DNA of 64,000 nt, taken from the NCBI GenBank assembly GCA_003971905.1, contig RSEE01000017.1, positions 124,001-188,000 on the forward strand, read 5' to 3'. The DNA is from Moniliella sp. 'wahieum'. Lineage: Eukaryota. Below the pieces are notes generated by a model. The model was given only the letters and a program-made list of their open reading frames with translations, was not told the origin of the DNA and did not search any database. Position 1 is the first letter of the stretch. Each line of letters opens with the position of its first letter. Made by a program: the position numbers and the translations under genes. Below are positions 60,280 to 64,000 of this stretch, piece after piece.

Positions 60280-63230
60280 ATGCCCTCAACTCCTGATCCT
60301 CCCTCACCAACAGACGCAAAACGCAGACAATCTCTCCCTTCTCGTGTCCAAACCCGAGACCAAGCTCAAAGTAAGGACATGTCTTCTCCTTCGCAACCAG
60401 ACCACTGGACAAAGTCTGACGCTCAACCCTCAACTGACCCAGGTCCAGGCAGAGGTCCTCCTCCCCCTCTCCCGGCCATACATCGGCGGCAACACACAGC
60501 AGCAACAGCAGCAGCATCCACAACGGTCCCGCCCACATGGTGGTCCAGCATATGTCTGGCCTTACGCCACAGCTACCCGACTGTTGCCGCTTACCCCCCT
60601 TACACTGTACCGTCCGCCCGCTTTGGCCAGGAACCCGCGACGACATATGCGGTTCCATCACAGATGCCACCGTTTCCACCGCCTCAACCTCCCGATTATC
60701 CTTCTTCCACTGGATCTCAATCCCAATACGACCGTCACCACCCTTCTTACCGTCTCCTTGCTCCAGCCCACCACGTGCCAAACACCGGTGCCGTGGTGGG
60801 CTCAGGCCCAGCATTCTATGCACTGGGAGTGCCACCGGTAAGCTTACATTTCTCTCTCGTGACCGCATTGACTTGTCGTGCCCTCGCGGCAAGATTGGCT
60901 TTAGGCTGTTACTCACCACTCCAGTCTCATGCAGGTTGTTGATCATCCTCTTACGATGTATCGCTCTTGGCCTACTTACCAGCCAACGTACGAAACCTAT
61001 CCAATGGCCCCCCTTCCCATGTACCAAGCCCCACCGCCTTTGTGGTCGTCAACATCGAATCAGCCTGCTTCGTCCAACACTGCCGCTGGCGCCGTACCCT
61101 CTGGCGCGGTCTCGTCTTTCTTGCCGGTGACGAGCCACGAGCTCTCCTCTCAAACCACCTCAGCCACCCAGTCACCTTCCGCGATGTCCTCACCCCTCCC
61201 ACTGAGACGGGGACCCAACCGCGTGTCAAGCCTTCATTGGCGGAGAAGGCTGTGGCCGTCTCGGTCCCGGAGCCGAGAAAAGTGGGTCTTGGCAAGCCGC
61301 ATCCGACTGGAGAGGCGAGGACCGGCCTTGATCCTGCTGAGAAAGAGCCAAGCAGCATGCTCACCGACGCGGCTGCGAGGTCTGCTGCTTCACCAGTCAA
61401 GCCCGAAGACGGCCAAGGAGATGACCGCAAGCTTGTCCGTTCTGAACATGTGATGTGGGTGGGCAACGTGCCCAAGGACGTCACTGCGCTGCAGCTCTGG
61501 CACTTTCTCCAAAACAGCATCCTTCCTCCGTCTTCCTCGCCCCCTGCCCACCTCAGGTTCGCCTTACCCGCTCTTCCCTCTCCCGGCGAGACCAACATGG
61601 ATGCCAGTTCTTCTCTCTGGGCTCCCTCACGGGAAACGATGAGCAGCCTCACTGCCTCTGAGGTTCCCGAAGCTTTGGACTGCGGCATTGTGTCGATCTA
61701 CGTGATTGCTCGGTCGAACTGTGCGTTTGTCAACTTTGATAACCACTCCGATCTTATTGCCATGGTCGAACGGTGCGATGGTGCTCGTCTTCGGATGGGA
61801 CGGGACGAACTTCCGCTTGTCGCGCGGGTACGTGACCGGCACGAAGAAGTGGAAGCCGGTGTGGCTGGCCAACGGGGCAAGGGCTTCCATGCTGCGTATG
61901 CGCGCAACTACAATCGCACCAAGTTGGCGCAGCGCCAAGCTCGGCTCAAGCAGGGCATGGATCGCATGGCCATTGGCGAAAGTAACGACCTCGTGGGTCG
62001 CGCTGGTCCCTTGTCCGATGAAGAATCCATGGGTAGCTGGGTATCGGTCGAAACCAGCGCTTCTACCGATTCGTCCTTGCTTCGCCACCCTGCCTTTGCC
62101 CAGCGTTTCTTTATCCTCAAGTCGCGCACGGTCGCTGAGTTGGAGAAATCGGTAGAGACGGGTACCTGGACCACACAGCCACACAACGAAGCAGTATTGG
62201 ATCAAGCCTTTCGCAATTCAAAGGACGTGTTTATCTTCTTCTCGGCCAACCAGAGTCGATCTTGGTTTGGTTATGCTCGCATGACTTCCTCCCTTAATTT
62301 CACCGACGAGCCCTTCCAGCTTCTTTCCCATCCGCCAAGCGGCCAGAGCCGCACGAAACACACGTTGGCTAATGCTGGTGGTACTGCCGCCCTTGGCCCC
62401 TCACCGGCATGCGTTCCCGACAACCACAAGGAGGGAGAAGGAGAACCAGCCGAAGGCACGCCGGCCAGCCCTGCTCAGCGGCCCCCCTGCACCATACCTC
62501 CTCGGGCTTTTCCGTCTCCTCTCCCTCGATTTTGGAAGGGTTGGCGCGGTATACGTTGGCCAAAGCTGCAGGCATTCGATGGGATCCGGGGCAAGAGTAC
62601 GACCCCCCTTCTCCCCTCGTATCCCCCTCTTCGAACGACGGGTCGATAACATCCACAGTCGCCCACTCGGCCCCGGCTGTCGTGCAAGCGCAGCACGCGG
62701 GCCGATTGTTATGCGACTTGTCTGACGGAACGGGGAAGCAAGACCGATCCCTTTCTCCTACCTCGACGTTTTCGGGAGGCAAATCAACAGCCCATCCGCT
62801 CTCCCCCGAACCCAAAACCTTTTCCATTGAGTGGATCAAGGTGGAGACCATACCGTTTGTTGCGTCACGTGGGGTGCGCAATCCGTGGCGGGGCAACAAG
62901 CAAATCAAAGTGTCCCGTGATGGGACCGAGCTCGAGCCAAGCGTGGGCCGAAGCCTCAAGGCGCTGATGGATTCCTACTCCTCTGAGGCTCTCACCGCAA
63001 GAGGAAAGGGCAAGTTAGTGGATCAGAGAGAGTCCACAGCATCCAGCCTGCCCATCCCTACTCATGCCCCATCGTTTAACTTACCCCTCTCCCATGGCAC
63101 CTCCCAAACCCAAGCAGCCCCTCCGCTTCCCACCAAACCTTCCACCTTGGTCCCAATTATTCCTGGCAAGAAACGGGCGGGTCTCGACGCAAGGGAGGTA
63201 AGAAACCAAGATCAAGCTAGGGGGAAATAA
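60280..63230 (+). CDS. RRM + YTH-domain RNA-binding protein (YTHDC1-like)
   Basis: RRM HVMWVGNVP...SNCAFVNF; YTH RFFILKS...GTWTTQPHNEAVLDQAF...FFSANQSRSWFGYARM and FSIEWI...RNPWRGNKQIKVSRDGTELEPSVG. Intron from 60838; shifts near 61190 and 62490. Confidence 0.9.
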
Positions 63231-64000
63231 CTTATCCACCTACATCCCTCACTTGCTATCTCGCATCTTTTCAATGCGGTCTCCAGCCTGGTCCCTCCCA
63301 TGGACTTTCCACCCACTCCAGCATATTTTATCATATCAGGGCAAAGTGGCGCTCTTGATGCGGGGGAGAAGGCGGATGAGACAACATCGATGATCCAGGG
63401 AGAATTAAAACAAGCGCATCCTAAAACACGAATGGTGTGCTTGGCCCATCACTACTCTCCCACGGAGCGGAGAACAAGAAAAGACAAAGTACCATGTGCG
63501 TTGCTAAACACGAATCCTGCACTCGGCCCATTCTTGTGTCCTCTGCCAGCAACAAAAAGAGGAAACACATTGAAGCGTGCCCATCACACCAAACACGAGA
63601 TGAGCGGTACGCTTGCCCAACCTTCCTCTTCTTTGTCTGCTGTCATCCCCCCCCGCCTTTACCCCCATACCTCTCTTTCTCTATACGTCATATGGGCCTC
63701 ATTCGTCGCAGGCGGCGCCCCATCCCCCAACACACACACACAGAAAATAAGAGAAACACTCTATTAAAAGACACTTTCGTAGTTGTCGCCTCCCCCCCTC
63801 ACGCCTCCATCATACATAATCCTCCTTTATCCAATCCATTCGCATTCTTGTGTTCCATCCATATGTCATTCAATTCTGAGAATTGGTCGGACCCCTGCCT
63901 TTTCCCTCCATTCCACTTTTCTATACTGTGTGCCTCCCCGTTGCTCTTCACTTCATGCGCCCTTGCTGTTACGATTGGATCACAGGCCTATATACATCTC

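Overview
Eukaryotic fungal DNA, inferred to be a basidiomycete and probably Ustilaginomycotina-like: GC-rich, short GT(A/G)xGT...CTRAC...YAG introns, intron-containing Pol III tRNAs. I can support about 20 protein-coding genes: Rtc3/SBDS-like, vacuolar subtilisin, Yfh7-like kinase, M28 peptidase, Cti6-like PHD protein, mitochondrial-carrier-like protein, RecQ, Ccc1, Ypr097w-like PX protein, Tom20, alternative oxidase, DUF4870-like membrane protein, beta-flanking protein, Sec31, Cgr1, Hsp90, Num1/Mcp5-type PH protein, RRM+YTH protein and two orphans. There are also 4 tRNA genes (Pro-CGG, Lys-CTT x2, Gln-TTG), a ~225-bp dispersed repeat present twice, and many short tandem arrays. Many conserved genes are broken by 1-bp indels, most likely unpolished long-read errors, so gene ends are approximate and calls rest on motif recognition by eye, not on searches. 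The most unusual items are: (1) a degenerate NmrA/Rossmann-like protein carrying 17-aa GLTGYGS repeats and a very large Ala-rich region; (2) a Tom20 with a long acidic tail containing a candidate Atg8-interacting WxxV motif; (3) a family of 7-bp pseudo-palindromic tandem arrays in intergenic DNA, with one unit type shared upstream of CCC1, TOM20 and AOX; (4) tRNAs lacking the usual G10; (5) Hsp90 ending in METVD.
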